From NCBI GenBank assembly GCA_026025075.1, contig JAPEUI010000005.1, positions 62,001 to 126,000 of the forward strand: a DNA stretch of 64,000 nucleotides, in the 5' to 3' direction. The translations under genes and the position numbers were made by a program. This document shows positions 26,895-38,040 of this stretch, in pieces. Origin of the DNA: Vezdaea acicularis. Lineage: Eukaryota. How positions within the stretch are numbered: position 1 is the stretch's first letter; each line of letters starts with the position of its first letter. Below the pieces are notes generated by a model. The model did not search any database. It was not told where the DNA came from and was given only the letters and a program-made list of their open reading frames with translations.

Positions 26895-27194
26895 ATGTTT
26901 GCGGTTCGTCCGGCGCTCAAAGGGATATTGCATTGGCTTATGGTAAGAGTAAAGTCTCATACGAGGAGCCTGGGTGTATTTTCGCGAATAACGCATTGGT
27001 CGGCGTCGAATAAAATGTAGCATTCACTCGGGCCTCGGGAAGCCTAGCAATTTTCTGTAGCACCTGACTTTTGACGTCAGGCAAACATTATCATATGTCC
27101 CCCCCCACTATAAACTTAACGTTCTCGCAAACCCGATAGCGACCGTCCTGTGAAGTCACACGTTAGCACGCCATCGCTCGGGCGGCGAGGAACG

Positions 27195-28526
27195 ATGGTT
27201 CTCGTAAGCCACTCCCAAGCTATCGCACCCACCCCTGCTGTTTGCTTCAGGAGAAAAGGTAAACAGATTGCTGATCGGTCTGGACTTCTGCAGTTGGAGT
27301 ATTCCGTCGAAAAGCCGCTCAACAGAGAGCCGCCCGTCGACGAACTCGTCTCAAGGTGCGATCCCGAACCACAAAATGCAGTATATCAGCTCATAGGAGA
27401 AACCTCAAATTGACCCTTCGTCTCATATAGCTTTATCACCAACAAGGGTGGTTACGATCGAAATCATGGGTAGGTTTTTTCACACCCATGTTCCGTTACC
27501 TACGCTCATTCACGCAGCCCAATACCACACATTGATCCCGCACGACATACCATCTATGTTGATGGTCTAGTCAAAACCCCCCTTGAACTCAGCGTTCAAG
27601 ATCTTCAGTCATTCCCCCAGCATGAAGTGACATGCGCGCTCCAATGTGCCGGCAACCGGCGCCATACCATGCGCACGCTCCTCAAAGAGGTTGACGGCGT
27701 GGACTGGTACGATGGCGCCGTGATGAACTGCAGATGGCGAGGCCCCCGACTCCGGGACGTGCTCTTGAAAGCCGGTGTGGCGGGAGGGGCTCATGTAGCT
27801 CTTGCGTGCCACCAAACTGCTTGCCAGGACGATTCTTGGTTCGGCAGCAGCATCCCACTTGACCGAGGGATGAGTCTCGATGGCGAGGTCATTCTAGCAT
27901 TGGAGGTAAGAGTCAGCTCCTCGTAGGTGGAACACGTAGTTGACGGTCCCCAGATGAATGGACAACCCCTCCCAATCAATCATGGGTTTCCAGTGCGAGT
28001 GATTGCACCGGGGATTGCAGGTGCGCGCGCCGTGAAGTGGCTAGATCGCATCACCGTGCAGGAGGGCGAGTCTAAGAACTTTTACCAGCAGCACGATTAC
28101 AAGATCCTCCCTCCCGAAGCAACGACCAAGAAAGAGGCGGAGAAATATTGGGGCTCGGTCGACGCCATACAGGATATGCCTGTCAACTCAGTCATTGCGG
28201 TGCCTAACAGCGGGGCTACCCTCTCGAGCGAAGCGCCGATCCAAGTAAGGGGCTACGCTCTACCGCAAGGTAGCCATGGCCCGGTTGTGAAAGTCGAGGT
28301 CTCAGTTGACGACGGGAAGACGTGGACTGTAGCGACTATCGAAGAGTCAGGCAAGTGGTCATGGGCATTGTGGAGCACGACCGTGACGATGAAAAGGGGA
28401 AAGGGGCGAATACTCAGTCGCGCCACTGATGCAAGTGGTAACGTCCAAGAGGCCTGTCCGAAGTGGAACCTGAGGGGAGTAGGCTACAATGGCTACGGAG
28501 AAAGTAGAGACTTGATTGTAACATGA
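27195..28526 (+). CDS. Sulfite oxidase-family molybdoenzyme (Moco + dimerisation domains, no cytochrome b5 domain)
   Basis: PLNREP, YDRNHGPIP, Mo-ligand LQCAGNRR, MNGQPLPINHGFPVRVIAPGIAGARAVKWL, QQHDYK, WSWALW, WNLRGV. Four introns; the first exon is 9 nt (ATGGTTCTC, inferred). Confidence 0.92.
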
Positions 28527-28927
28527 AGAGCTGCACCTCCATCAAGTAACACTCTTCTTCACGATTTCTAGCTTTCTCCTCCATCTCTTTCTCCCGTGGA
28601 GCTAGTAATTAGAGGTGGATACCCCAAATTGTCATAGGCGCAGAGCGCAGAGCGCGGATTTAGGAATTTGAAACTTGCCGGACTTGGTGTGCTCTGGCTT
28701 TGTTCTTTATTTCTCTTTTGCTGCGGCGTTAGGAAGGAGTCACGGCCTTAGCCGACCTCTCACTCATTCAAGACATAACACCACCCCTGAATCGGATTAG
28801 TAGAAGCGACTTTGCTCACAAGCACATCTGAGAGAGCGAGTTGGATATAGCACTATGAACGGAGAACACGCGGTTGATGAAACAGTTATAGAGCCTAGAA
28901 AGCCTAAAACAGATTGGGAAACATTTA

Positions 28928-31443
28928 CTAGTGTTCCAAGTCCCTTCTGCGCTGTATTGCCAAAAACGTCAGACTCCACAGTTGCGTGATGTTGCTCTCC
29001 GTCTGATTATCACCCTTAGGGGGTCGCACGCTACCCAGTGGCGCGTACACGAAACCCCCTTTAGTATTCACGTCGTACTTCCAGCTCCATACCTCGTTGC
29101 TCAGATACTCGCGATTTGCCTCGATTGTATCCCATAGCTTAGTGTAAGCTTGCTTGACTTTGCTCAGCACAACAGAATCCTGGCACCATGCCGGCTTAGA
29201 GTGTGGAGCGTTTTCAACAGAGCGGAGTAGTTGTAATTCCAGCCCTTTGGCCATCATAGCCAAAGAGTTCCAGCTCCAGATTACGGTGCCGTGGTATGCG
29301 CCGTTCGTGAAGTCTCTTGCATGCTCTTCACTAGTGCTGAAGGCAGGATTTGCGACAAGAATTCCCACAGGAGTATGTAGCCCCGCGGGGAAAGTGCGGA
29401 GGATGTTCGTCGCCACCTGCTCGAGGAACAGAGTATGCCGTGGAGAGTCTAGCAAAGGCAACAAGAAGAGGCGGAAACCTAAGGATAGTGGTTCAGACAC
29501 AGTCTTCCAGGAAAAGGGTGATGGGCTTTAAACTTGGGGAATGGAGTGCTACTTACAGTCGTCTGAATGCATTATTGCAATCTTCTCAGGATTATCGCTG
29601 CTCTTCAGAGCAACGGCATGAAAGGATACATCTGAATCAATTCCTTCCGCGCCGGAGGGGCCGGGAAAGGAAGAGACTTTTTTGTACTTCTCTAATCGTT
29701 GCTTCGCCTCATCCTTAGGGATGTGGACCTTAGGGGCATGTGTTAGCAAAGATTCGACGACTATATGCTCTAGCGACAGTCATATTGTTGCACCATATAT
29801 GCCGGAGGGGCAGAAACCCGGAGCACAACACTATAAAAACCTCTGAAGTGTATCCAAGGAAGGATGGAAGCACGGTACCTCAAAGAACTTTAGAGACTCG
29901 GTCTCCCACGTTTCGGCGTAACTCTTCGCAAGCTTATACGAGTGTTCGTGTTCGTAATCGCCAGAGTCGCTATGATCCTTGTAAAGATCACAGATTGCAA
30001 GCAAGGCAGCTGGCATGAGGGCGGTGTTCACATCGTAGGGGATGCGTCCGCTACCAAGACCGTCTTCACTATCTCGCCACTGGCCGACACTCTGACCTTG
30101 CTTCAAAGATATAAGGTCACTAGGCCTTTGGCCATGGTTGGTTTGGAAGGCTGCGGCAAGCTTCAAGATCTTGGCGCATACCATTCGAAGAAGCTCTGAG
30201 TAGGTTATGCCAGTGGTCGATGCGATGGTAGAAGCCTTGGTGCTGCGCCAGTAATTAGTAAAAGTCAGCATAGAGGAGGCGGGATCAGTACGATAGAAAG
30301 TCAAGTCTTCGAGCTCTGCCCACCTCGCTGTTGACGAGATAATCCCTAGCAAGGATGGGAAGGAAGAAATCCGTGTCAATCTTGTTCAAGTTAGGGAGAT
30401 ACGATGGGAACGTAGGGCAAAGTCACCATTTTGTAATCATACGTCGGTTCATCGCTCTGGACACCCATTTGGGCATTCTGATATGTTGCGTAGTCTCCTA
30501 TCGTCTCTTCGTGGCATACACTCCCATCACTCTTGTCGACACGTTCGAGGACAGCTGCTAAGCCTGCCTCAATAGGACCATCTTTACCTTCGCGAAGGAT
30601 AGGGCTCAAGAGAAGCAACGAGATCATCGAATCACGTCCAAAATATGTCAGAAACCTCCAAGCTCCCGCTAACAGTTTATTGGAATAGGAAAGAAAAGAT
30701 AGACACTTAGCAGCATCAGGGTTTTCTGCTATAAGGTGCTGATGTTCTTCCTTGATCACATCTTTGGGACTTAGGTGAGGGAGCTGAGGGTAATCAAAGT
30801 GGGCTTCGAATGAATAATTTCCAGCTTCAAACTTAAGAGCAATGCTCGGTTTGACGCTCTGTATTTCAATAGCCTCCAGCGTGTCTCGCTGCACGTCGAC
30901 GGGCCTGAAGATGAAGTAGACCTTTGTGACATTGTCAAGCCAGACTCTACTCGCGATGACTCCTCCTTTAGCCTGCTCTACTTGAAGAGCACCTTGAACC
31001 TCCGGTACCAGTAGACTGGGGCCTTCAGTGAAGTCCCGAATACTCCTGATGCTGCCCAGAATCAATGTATCAAGAACCGCAGGACGCGGCAAGTTGAATA
31101 GTCCTGTTACTCCCACGCTTGGGTTTTTGGCCTTAGAGTCTTCTCTGGCAGGATAAATCACCGGGTCTAAGGCACGCCCAGAAGGAAGATCTCGTAAGGA
31201 AATGCTTACGCCCTCTTTGTCCTTGTTGTAGGGAGCGAAGCGTGCGAGTACGCCGCTGTTACCAGCGGGCCATGCAACTAATAGACGAGGACGAATGATG
31301 CCGGCATCACTATCGGGAAGAGGAGTAGTGACTACTACCTGTGCTGCAACATTTTTGTCCGAGTAGAAATAATTATGATAGGGAGGGTCGTTCAGATTCA
31401 GGTACAAGGCTTCATCGGTTTCAACCTTACCAGAGGATGCCAT
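28928..31443 (-). CDS. Six-hairpin (alpha/alpha)6 glycosidase-like protein ('glycogen debranching enzyme'-like family)
   Basis: RLLVAWPAGNSG, LGSIRSIRDFTEG, KLLAGAWRFLTYFGRDSMI, VCHEETIGD, YDYKMIDTDF, VGQWRDS..GLGSGRIPYDVN, FPAGL.TPVG, YHGTVIWSW, ESN..QLWSL. Three GT-AG introns. Confidence 0.8.
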
Positions 31444-32075
31444 AATAGTGCCTCAGGCTTGACAAAGCGCCTGCGGTCAAGTGAGGTTGAGCTGACTTGA
31501 AGATAGTTGAGCGTGTTAGTTACTATCCAGGAAATTAAATGCAAATGAAAGGTCGGAATCAACGGTATGCCAGGCAAGGCTGGGGCGCTGGTAGCTCCGA
31601 TTTGTTTGGTCCAATCGGGTGATTGTTAGTTGAGGCATCGCCTCTACTCCGTGTTATCGATTCAATCTGACTGATAAATCTGAAATATAGAAAGCTGATG
31701 GAATTCACATCCCCACAAAAGAGCTACATTTCGCAGACATTGGCATCGTCCATCGGAGAGCCGTGGGGATCTCCCTGTACGTCCTCTACGTGCAAGAGCG
31801 TATAGGTGAGAGGTCTCGGAGGGTCGATAGGGTAGTGAACCGATCCTCTGCGTGAACGTCAACCTCGGTTCGGCCTTGATAATACAAAACGCCTTGAGAC
31901 CATCACCACCGAGGCTTCTCCCTCTGTGGAAACAGGCCAATTGCACTCAATTGCAACGTCATAGCCTGTCATCTCTATCGCAACCCTCTTGCCCCCCTAA
32001 AGTCACCTCCCTCCTCTCTGCCCCTCCATCCCTCTTCCAACTCCGCCTCCGACTAATCCTCTGCTCTAATTCAAC

Positions 32076-32637
32076 ATGGCCACCTCCTCGCCCAACTACC
32101 CCCTCCTCGCCATCCCAGCCTCTTACTTTCTAGGCATGATTCCCCACATATACGGCGGCATAACCCTCAGAAAAGCCTGCGGCGGCTCCGGCTGGTCGAA
32201 CGCTGACCCCCGCACGAATGCCGAACGCGTCAAGAGCAAAGTACCCCCAAAAATATACGCGAAATGCGAGCGTGCCCGCGCGTGCCATACAAACGCACAT
32301 GAGAATTTCCCGCTGTTTGCTGCTGCTATGGTATGATGGTTTCATATTCGCTGCCTCTAAGGCTGCATAAGCCCATCGACACCCAGCTTCTCTCACACTT
32401 CCGCTTTTGGGATCGCTCAGTGATGCTAAAGTCTTAGATTAGATTGGAGGGACTGTGGCGGGCCTCCCCCACTCTTACCTGACGTTCTACGCTGCGCTCT
32501 ACCTGCTTCTCCGAGCGTTATATACGGTGCTGTACATACAGATCAGCAGGCATCAGTATAGCTACATCCGGACCATCGTTTGGACATTGGGGACGAGCGT
32601 CAGTTTCTGGATCCTGGTGAAGAGTGCGATGCAGTGA
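32076..32637 (+). CDS. MAPEG family membrane protein
   Basis: WSNADPR, ERARACHTNAHENFPLFAAA, YLLLRALYTVLYI, SYIRTIVW. Single intron 32331-32442. Confidence 0.88.
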
Positions 32638-33159
32638 AAGGGGTAGAGTTTAGAAGTTCTAGGGCGTACGGGGAAAGGTTAGAAAGAAGAGGTGTGCCCA
32701 ACGAATGAAAGAGGAGGACTGGGAATTGGCGGAGAGAACAATGAACAAAGAACTATCCTTGGAAGATGTGAGGCGAAAGGAAGGAGCACGAAAACCAACT
32801 GGATATACGGTTATACTGCCTGCCATACAGCGCAACGATTCGAACCAGTCTAAAGATGTTCAATCATCATCGTGGGGGCAGATCCAGGTCTCAACCCACG
32901 TCCTTTCACTACTAGAAGATTTCCGACTTCCCGCCTTGTTCAGAGGACCGCAGCACTCCTCTCCGAACAACGCCACCTCCATCAGAACAACCCCCTTCGC
33001 AGCCCTCGAACAATACGATCTCTATTTCCCCCCTGCATACAAAACCCCTCCTCATATCCCCCCTCCCTTCCCCCCTCTCCTCCCAAACCCTCTACTACAT
33101 CCCAACCTCCTATTTACACCAACCGACCACCAAAACAAAAAAGGTAACCGCCTCCAAAA

Positions 33160-33471
33160 ATGACAACCCACCATCCCTTCACCGCAAAACTCTCCGCCCT
33201 CGAAGCCGAGCTCCACGAACTCTCCGCCATCGAAGAAGACCTAAGCGACATCGCCGAGATCCTGTCCCTCGAGGCCAACCTCGAGCTTCTGACCGAAAGC
33301 GAGGAGGAGGTGGAGGCTTGGATCGCAACTGGCGCTGGGGAGCTTGAAGGAGGAAAAGAGGAGAAAGTTGGACAGGGAGAGGAGGAAGTGGAGAAGGAAG
33401 AGGAGAGGGATGAAGGTAAGTTGGTTCAAGCGGAGTGGGATGCGTTCAAGAAGGGCTGGATGGATGAGTGA
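33160..33471 (+). CDS. Small, highly acidic hypothetical protein (possible coiled coil)
   Basis: 103 codons with good start context (CCAAAAATG), C-ending codon bias in the first half, 32 D/E residues and Leu/Ile periodicity. No family recognised. Confidence 0.5.
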   Translation: MTTHHPFTAKLSALEAELHELSAIEEDLSDIAEILSLEANLELLTESEEEVEAWIATGAGELEGGKEEKVGQGEEEVEKEEERDEGKLVQAEWDAFKKGWMDE

Positions 33472-34139
33472 AGCTGGGAAACAGAACAAGTCAGTTTCGC
33501 CCAGAGGATTGGTTAGTATAACCTCTTCCATCACTACAGTAGTAGATCCCTCGTAGACCCGAAATGAGAAAGATTGGAGTCTACAGTACGCGCTGTCGGC
33601 GGCTATATTCGTGAATTTCGTTTCTGGGTGCGGAATATGTGTGGATGTGATGATGATGTGTATGTACGCTCAAAGCCCAGTAGAGGTTGATGGGAATTGC
33701 GGTAACACCCAAGGACCACTACTCTCTGGGTTGTGTGATTGATTGTTTGGGATCCATCTTCAGCATAGTCAATGGGAAACATACGCAGGCGTCACAATCA
33801 CAAGTCATAGAAAGTCATCATCATCAGAGTAGGATATTCACACATTTTGATTCCTACCACCTAAGCAGCGAAGCTATTGTATCTGTGTATGTTTATGTGT
33901 GAGAGAGGGCTCCACTCAAGCCGAGGGAGTGATGCTCGCCAAGCCATAGCAATGCAACGCCATCTTCCCATGCCCTCGAAGCAACAAAGAGAGAAGGAGA
34001 GGGCGCAAGCCTCCACGACCCGGAACCTTTTACCCGACCAAAGAAGAAGACCGCAATCAAAAGAATGTAAATGGCTACCCAGAAACAACAATCCCAAAGA
34101 AGTATCCGACCGGCGAATACCCCTTCCCCCTTGATCAAT

Positions 34140-35336
34140 CTACGACAGGAGGGCGGCGGCGGCATGCGGCTTCTGCCGATGCCCGTGGTAGGGGCTGCGC
34201 TTGACGCGGCCGGCGCCCATTTGAAGGGTGGTGCTCTGGCCGGGAGAGCAGGTGACGCCCTGAGCCATGGGCTGGACGGCGCTCCACATGCCGGAGGCGC
34301 ACTGCTGGAAGGATTTGCCGCCGGGGAGACAGTTCCACATGCCCTCTGTCTGGCAGGGGGAGCCGGGGGTTTGGGAGCCCTGGGTGCTGGGGGCGGCTGG
34401 TGAGGGAGCTGGAACGGCGGGCATGGCGGCGGCGGACGAGGTGGGCGCTGCTGCCATGGATGAGGAGGCCATTGTTGCCATTGTGGTAGGCATTGCAGCT
34501 GGTGAGGAGGCCGAGGAGGCCGAGGCGGCGCCGGGGACGAAGATAGCGGGGCTTTGGGCGGGCGCGGGGGCGGGGCTGGCGGCCGGTGAGGGAGAGCCGC
34601 CCGAGGAGCCGCCTGATGAGCCGCCAGCTGGGCAGGTGCCACTTGGGGGGGTGAGAGTGCCGGTGCCAAACTTGTCGACGGAGGTGCCGGGGTCGGGGAA
34701 GAGCAGGTCGGCGGAGTCTTGCGTCTTGCAGCCGTTGCCGATGTTGGCGACGAACATCTTGGGGAGCTTCTCGAAGGCGGACTGGTCGCGTTGGAGGACA
34801 GGGGAGCGCTTGGCTTTCTTTGCCGCGGTGATGCTGACGGGCGCGCAGTTCATGTACATCTCGCGGTTGCCGATCTTGTTGAACCAGGTCCATGCTAGAG
34901 TGGCGTCGCCGGTAGGTAGGTCGGTAGGGATAGTGAATGGATAGGTGTCGGAATCACCACCGCCGCCTTCGGGGAGGTTGCCGGCTTGGCCTTTCGCAGG
35001 ACAGCCACCTTCGATGGAGTGGATGACGCGGAAGTCGCTGTTCTTCGTCGGGTTCTTGTCATAAGTGATGCTTAGCTGGCATGAGCCACCACCATGAACG
35101 GCGCTACCAGTGAAGGAAAGTGTCTGAGTGGACCCAAGAGGGAAGACGTTGCTCGCGCCTTGAGCGTCGTAGACACCGGGCCTCTGCTTGCAGGGAAAGT
35201 CGCTGCCACTGGCGTCCAGTGGGCTGTTGTTCAAGGACGACTTGCCATATGGTACCGGTGACTTCATGATCATGTGGGCGTTGGCGTAGGCAAGCAGCCC
35301 CGCTGTGGCGAAAAGTGAGGTGGTTGAGAAGTGCAT
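34140..35336 (-). CDS. Lytic polysaccharide monooxygenase, AA11 family, with S/P/A linker and a C-terminal Cys-rich (X278-like) module
   Basis: Signal peptide cleaved before His1 (ANA|HMIM). GSDFPCK, SAVHGGGSCQLS (second His), VIHSIEGGCP, ATLAWTWFNKIGNREMYMNCA (axial Tyr). Tail CQTEGMWNC..GGKSFQQCASGMWS.....GVTC. Intronless. Confidence 0.92.
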   Translation of the reverse strand: MHFSTTSLFATAGLLAYANAHMIMKSPVPYGKSSLNNSPLDASGSDFPCKQRPGVYDAQGASNVFPLGSTQTLSFTGSAVHGGGSCQLSITYDKNPTKNSDFRVIHSIEGGCPAKGQAGNLPEGGGGDSDTYPFTIPTDLPTGDATLAWTWFNKIGNREMYMNCAPVSITAAKKAKRSPVLQRDQSAFEKLPKMFVANIGNGCKTQDSADLLFPDPGTSVDKFGTGTLTPPSGTCPAGGSSGGSSGGSPSPAASPAPAPAQSPAIFVPGAASASSASSPAAMPTTMATMASSSMAAAPTSSAAAMPAVPAPSPAAPSTQGSQTPGSPCQTEGMWNCLPGGKSFQQCASGMWSAVQPMAQGVTCSPGQSTTLQMGAGRVKRSPYHGHRQKPHAAAALLS

Positions 35337-35502
35337 GTTGAGGTAGAGGAAGAGATGCTTTTAGGAATGCTGGTAGGGGTCTGAAAAGGGAATGCGAAAG
35401 ATCGTGCCTGACGACTTTCTTTTATAGATAAGCTGAGGAGCGTGTAGGTGTTGGAGTGAATTCTAAAGAATGTAGTGTCAGTGTTAAGTGTCGAGAGAGG
35501 TT

Positions 35503-35558
35503 CAGATAGAAGGAAAGAACTGGTCGTGGACAGACGGAAGGAAAGAATTGGTCATAGA
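35503..35558. repeat. 28-nt imperfect tandem duplication upstream of the AA11 gene
   Basis: cagatagaaggaaagaactggtcgtgga / cagacggaaggaaagaattggtcataga, 23/28 identical. Confidence 0.8.
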
Positions 35559-38040
35559 CGGATGGAGAAGGTCTTGCATTGTGAAAACCGAAACATTGCT
35601 CCATATCTCAACTGGACGACGAGTGACAATGGGTACGTTTCTGGACCACGCCAGAAGGCTATTGTCTTCGGTAAAGATAATTGTTCCTTTCGACGTCGGG
35701 AAGATCGGACAATAAATGAATGAGTGCATGAATAGAAAATTCGCTTACCCAATGACTTTTTTCAACAGATGGTCAACGTCGATCAAAGTGCAGCAATTCC
35801 TCAACGGGCAGAGAGTGTGATATGTTCAGTAAACTCCGCTGGAGCTTGCAAAGGATTGTGGGTATTCGGCCCCAGGCACGAATAGAAAGCAGAAGTGAAA
35901 AACGAAAAGGTCTAGCCTTTTGGTGGGTTACGAGGTCCGGGTATCCGTGGGTGAGGGTGAAGAGAAAGAAAGGAAAAGAGTCCACGGACTTCCGTCACAT
36001 AATATATCTTGGCTCTGCAGACTTTTGCTCGTGTGAGCAAATGCTGCCCCTGAAAGATCAACCTCGCCCATGGCTTTGGGTGCGAAGCATGGAGCTGTCA
36101 AAGGAATGCAGCGACATGGTGCCTGCAGCGCCAGCTATTGGCCAAGAAGGGGCTTCGACACGGCGCATGGACATTCCACACGACCATTGCTACCGCCTGG
36201 TAGAGTTTCAACATGTTTTAGGGTGGAGCTGTAGTCCGGTCCTGCAAGGTACGGAGGCGTGTAGAGGGCGTGCGGAGGAGTCAGAATGAGCGGGGAAGCC
36301 AGGCTAGAGGACTAGGGCGGTAGGATGGCAAACCCTCGATTGGCAGGCAAGGGCAGACAGGGCGGGAAGAGGGGAAAAAGCCACGATCTGATTTGTGACG
36401 GTTGAGTCGTAAGAGGTTTAGGTGGGAGAGTCCCGTTCCGGCTGTTCGTCGTATCGATAGGGGGATACGCCAAGGAATGAGGCCTCGCCCAGTCACGGCT
36501 CTCGGCTACTGTTACGGCTGATACAGGGGCAGGGATTCAGCCGACGTGCGCCGGCCCACGCACCGTGGCGTCAGGAGAAGAGGAAGGCGAGAGAGGAGGG
36601 GCTGTGACTGCGCGCTGCCAATCGACTGGCTCTCAACCAGATCAGGACCTTCGATACTCCGAGCGCATCGACCGACAGGTACAAAGCGCGGTCGCGTAGC
36701 GGAGACCTCAAACGACGGGGTCCTGGCATGCGCTGCGGCGACTGGCACCATGAGGTACATCCTGTCCAAGCTGTCCGCGCATGAAAGCTGACGTTCACAT
36801 CTCTAACAGCGGCGCATCAACGCATCTTGCCTGGCGCACGATAAGGACCGGTCCGGGCAGAATGCGACGCGTATCTGCTCCAAGTTGCGACTCTTCAACA
36901 CGATCTGAGCATCGCCATGTATGGAATGTCGCTACTACACGACATAGGGAGCGAGGAGTCCGACAGCAAGGCAGCGCTCGACACGGGGATTACAGGGTTC
37001 TTGTTTGAGGACGCGCGGGTGGACGGTCGAAGAAGCTTGCGGAGCCCTAAACCGGTGCCCGTGTCTTTTCAGATGCTGATAGATGGGATGGTGTCTTGCT
37101 TTGGGTCTTGCGCCGAAAGGGGGGCAAAGGGGCGGGCACGGCCAAAGCCGGTGGCGGATGCGCTAAGGTTAAGTCAGGTCGCTAAGCTCTCGTGACGAGC
37201 CATTCTTCAGCTGGCGTGCTCACGAGCCGTGGCCCACGAACCACGAACCGTCAGGTACCATCGCGCAATGCACTATTGGGGGAAAGGTCATGTCTTTTTC
37301 TTCGCGTCTCTATCATTTTTGGTACCGTATACCATAGAACTCTACAATTCTTGCAAAGCGCGACTGTACAGCGAGGATCTCTACGACAAAATAATCTAGC
37401 CACCGACCACCACCTATGCGCCCAACGACGCCCTCAACCTGAGCGGTGAGCAGGATGTGCTCCGGGCTCGCGGTTACAGAACAGCGCGGTTGATCCACGG
37501 CCACCATGGCTTATGGCCAAACACGATCGCAGCAAGGGACGAAGGTCAGAGCCGCAAGCATAGGCTCTCGAATTTTGTCGTAACGCCTTGTGCTGGGGCT
37601 TGAGCAATGACTGGCTGCAGAACGCGCGCAACCGAGAACTTGAAACGCGCCAGCTTTCAACACACGAAGACCATAGAAACGGTGACGAGAAATGGGCCCG
37701 ATCAGCGTTCGGCCTCAGAGACCATTGCAGGACTGGAAAACCTGTTCTGGTGAAACTGGTCGTGACTCTTCAAGTATTAGTCAGGTGCGGATGTCTTGGA
37801 ACAACTGGCTGTTACGTAAACGTAGGTAGACACTATCATTTCAACGGGCATCTCCCGTCTGTAGACTTGTCACCGAACACAACAGAATGGGTGTCCGTCC
37901 TCCAACTCCACCGTTGAATTTCCACAATGCAAGGAGGCTGATACCTTTTTCGCCCCACTGGATATCCAAAACTTGATAATGACAAGTAGTAAGGTATGTC
38001 GCATATGTATTTGATAGATCGTGTGAAAAAACGTGTCCAA

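Noticed and set aside
33893..34944. Long alternative-frame and antisense ORFs over the AA11 gene (also over FAL1 at 23729-24755)
   Set aside because: Explained by strong GC3 codon bias of the real genes, which removes stops in other frames.
27195..35336. Sulfite oxidase, glycosidase, MAPEG and LPMO as a possible metabolic gene cluster
   Set aside because: No backbone synthase, transporter or cluster regulator, and no coherent shared pathway.
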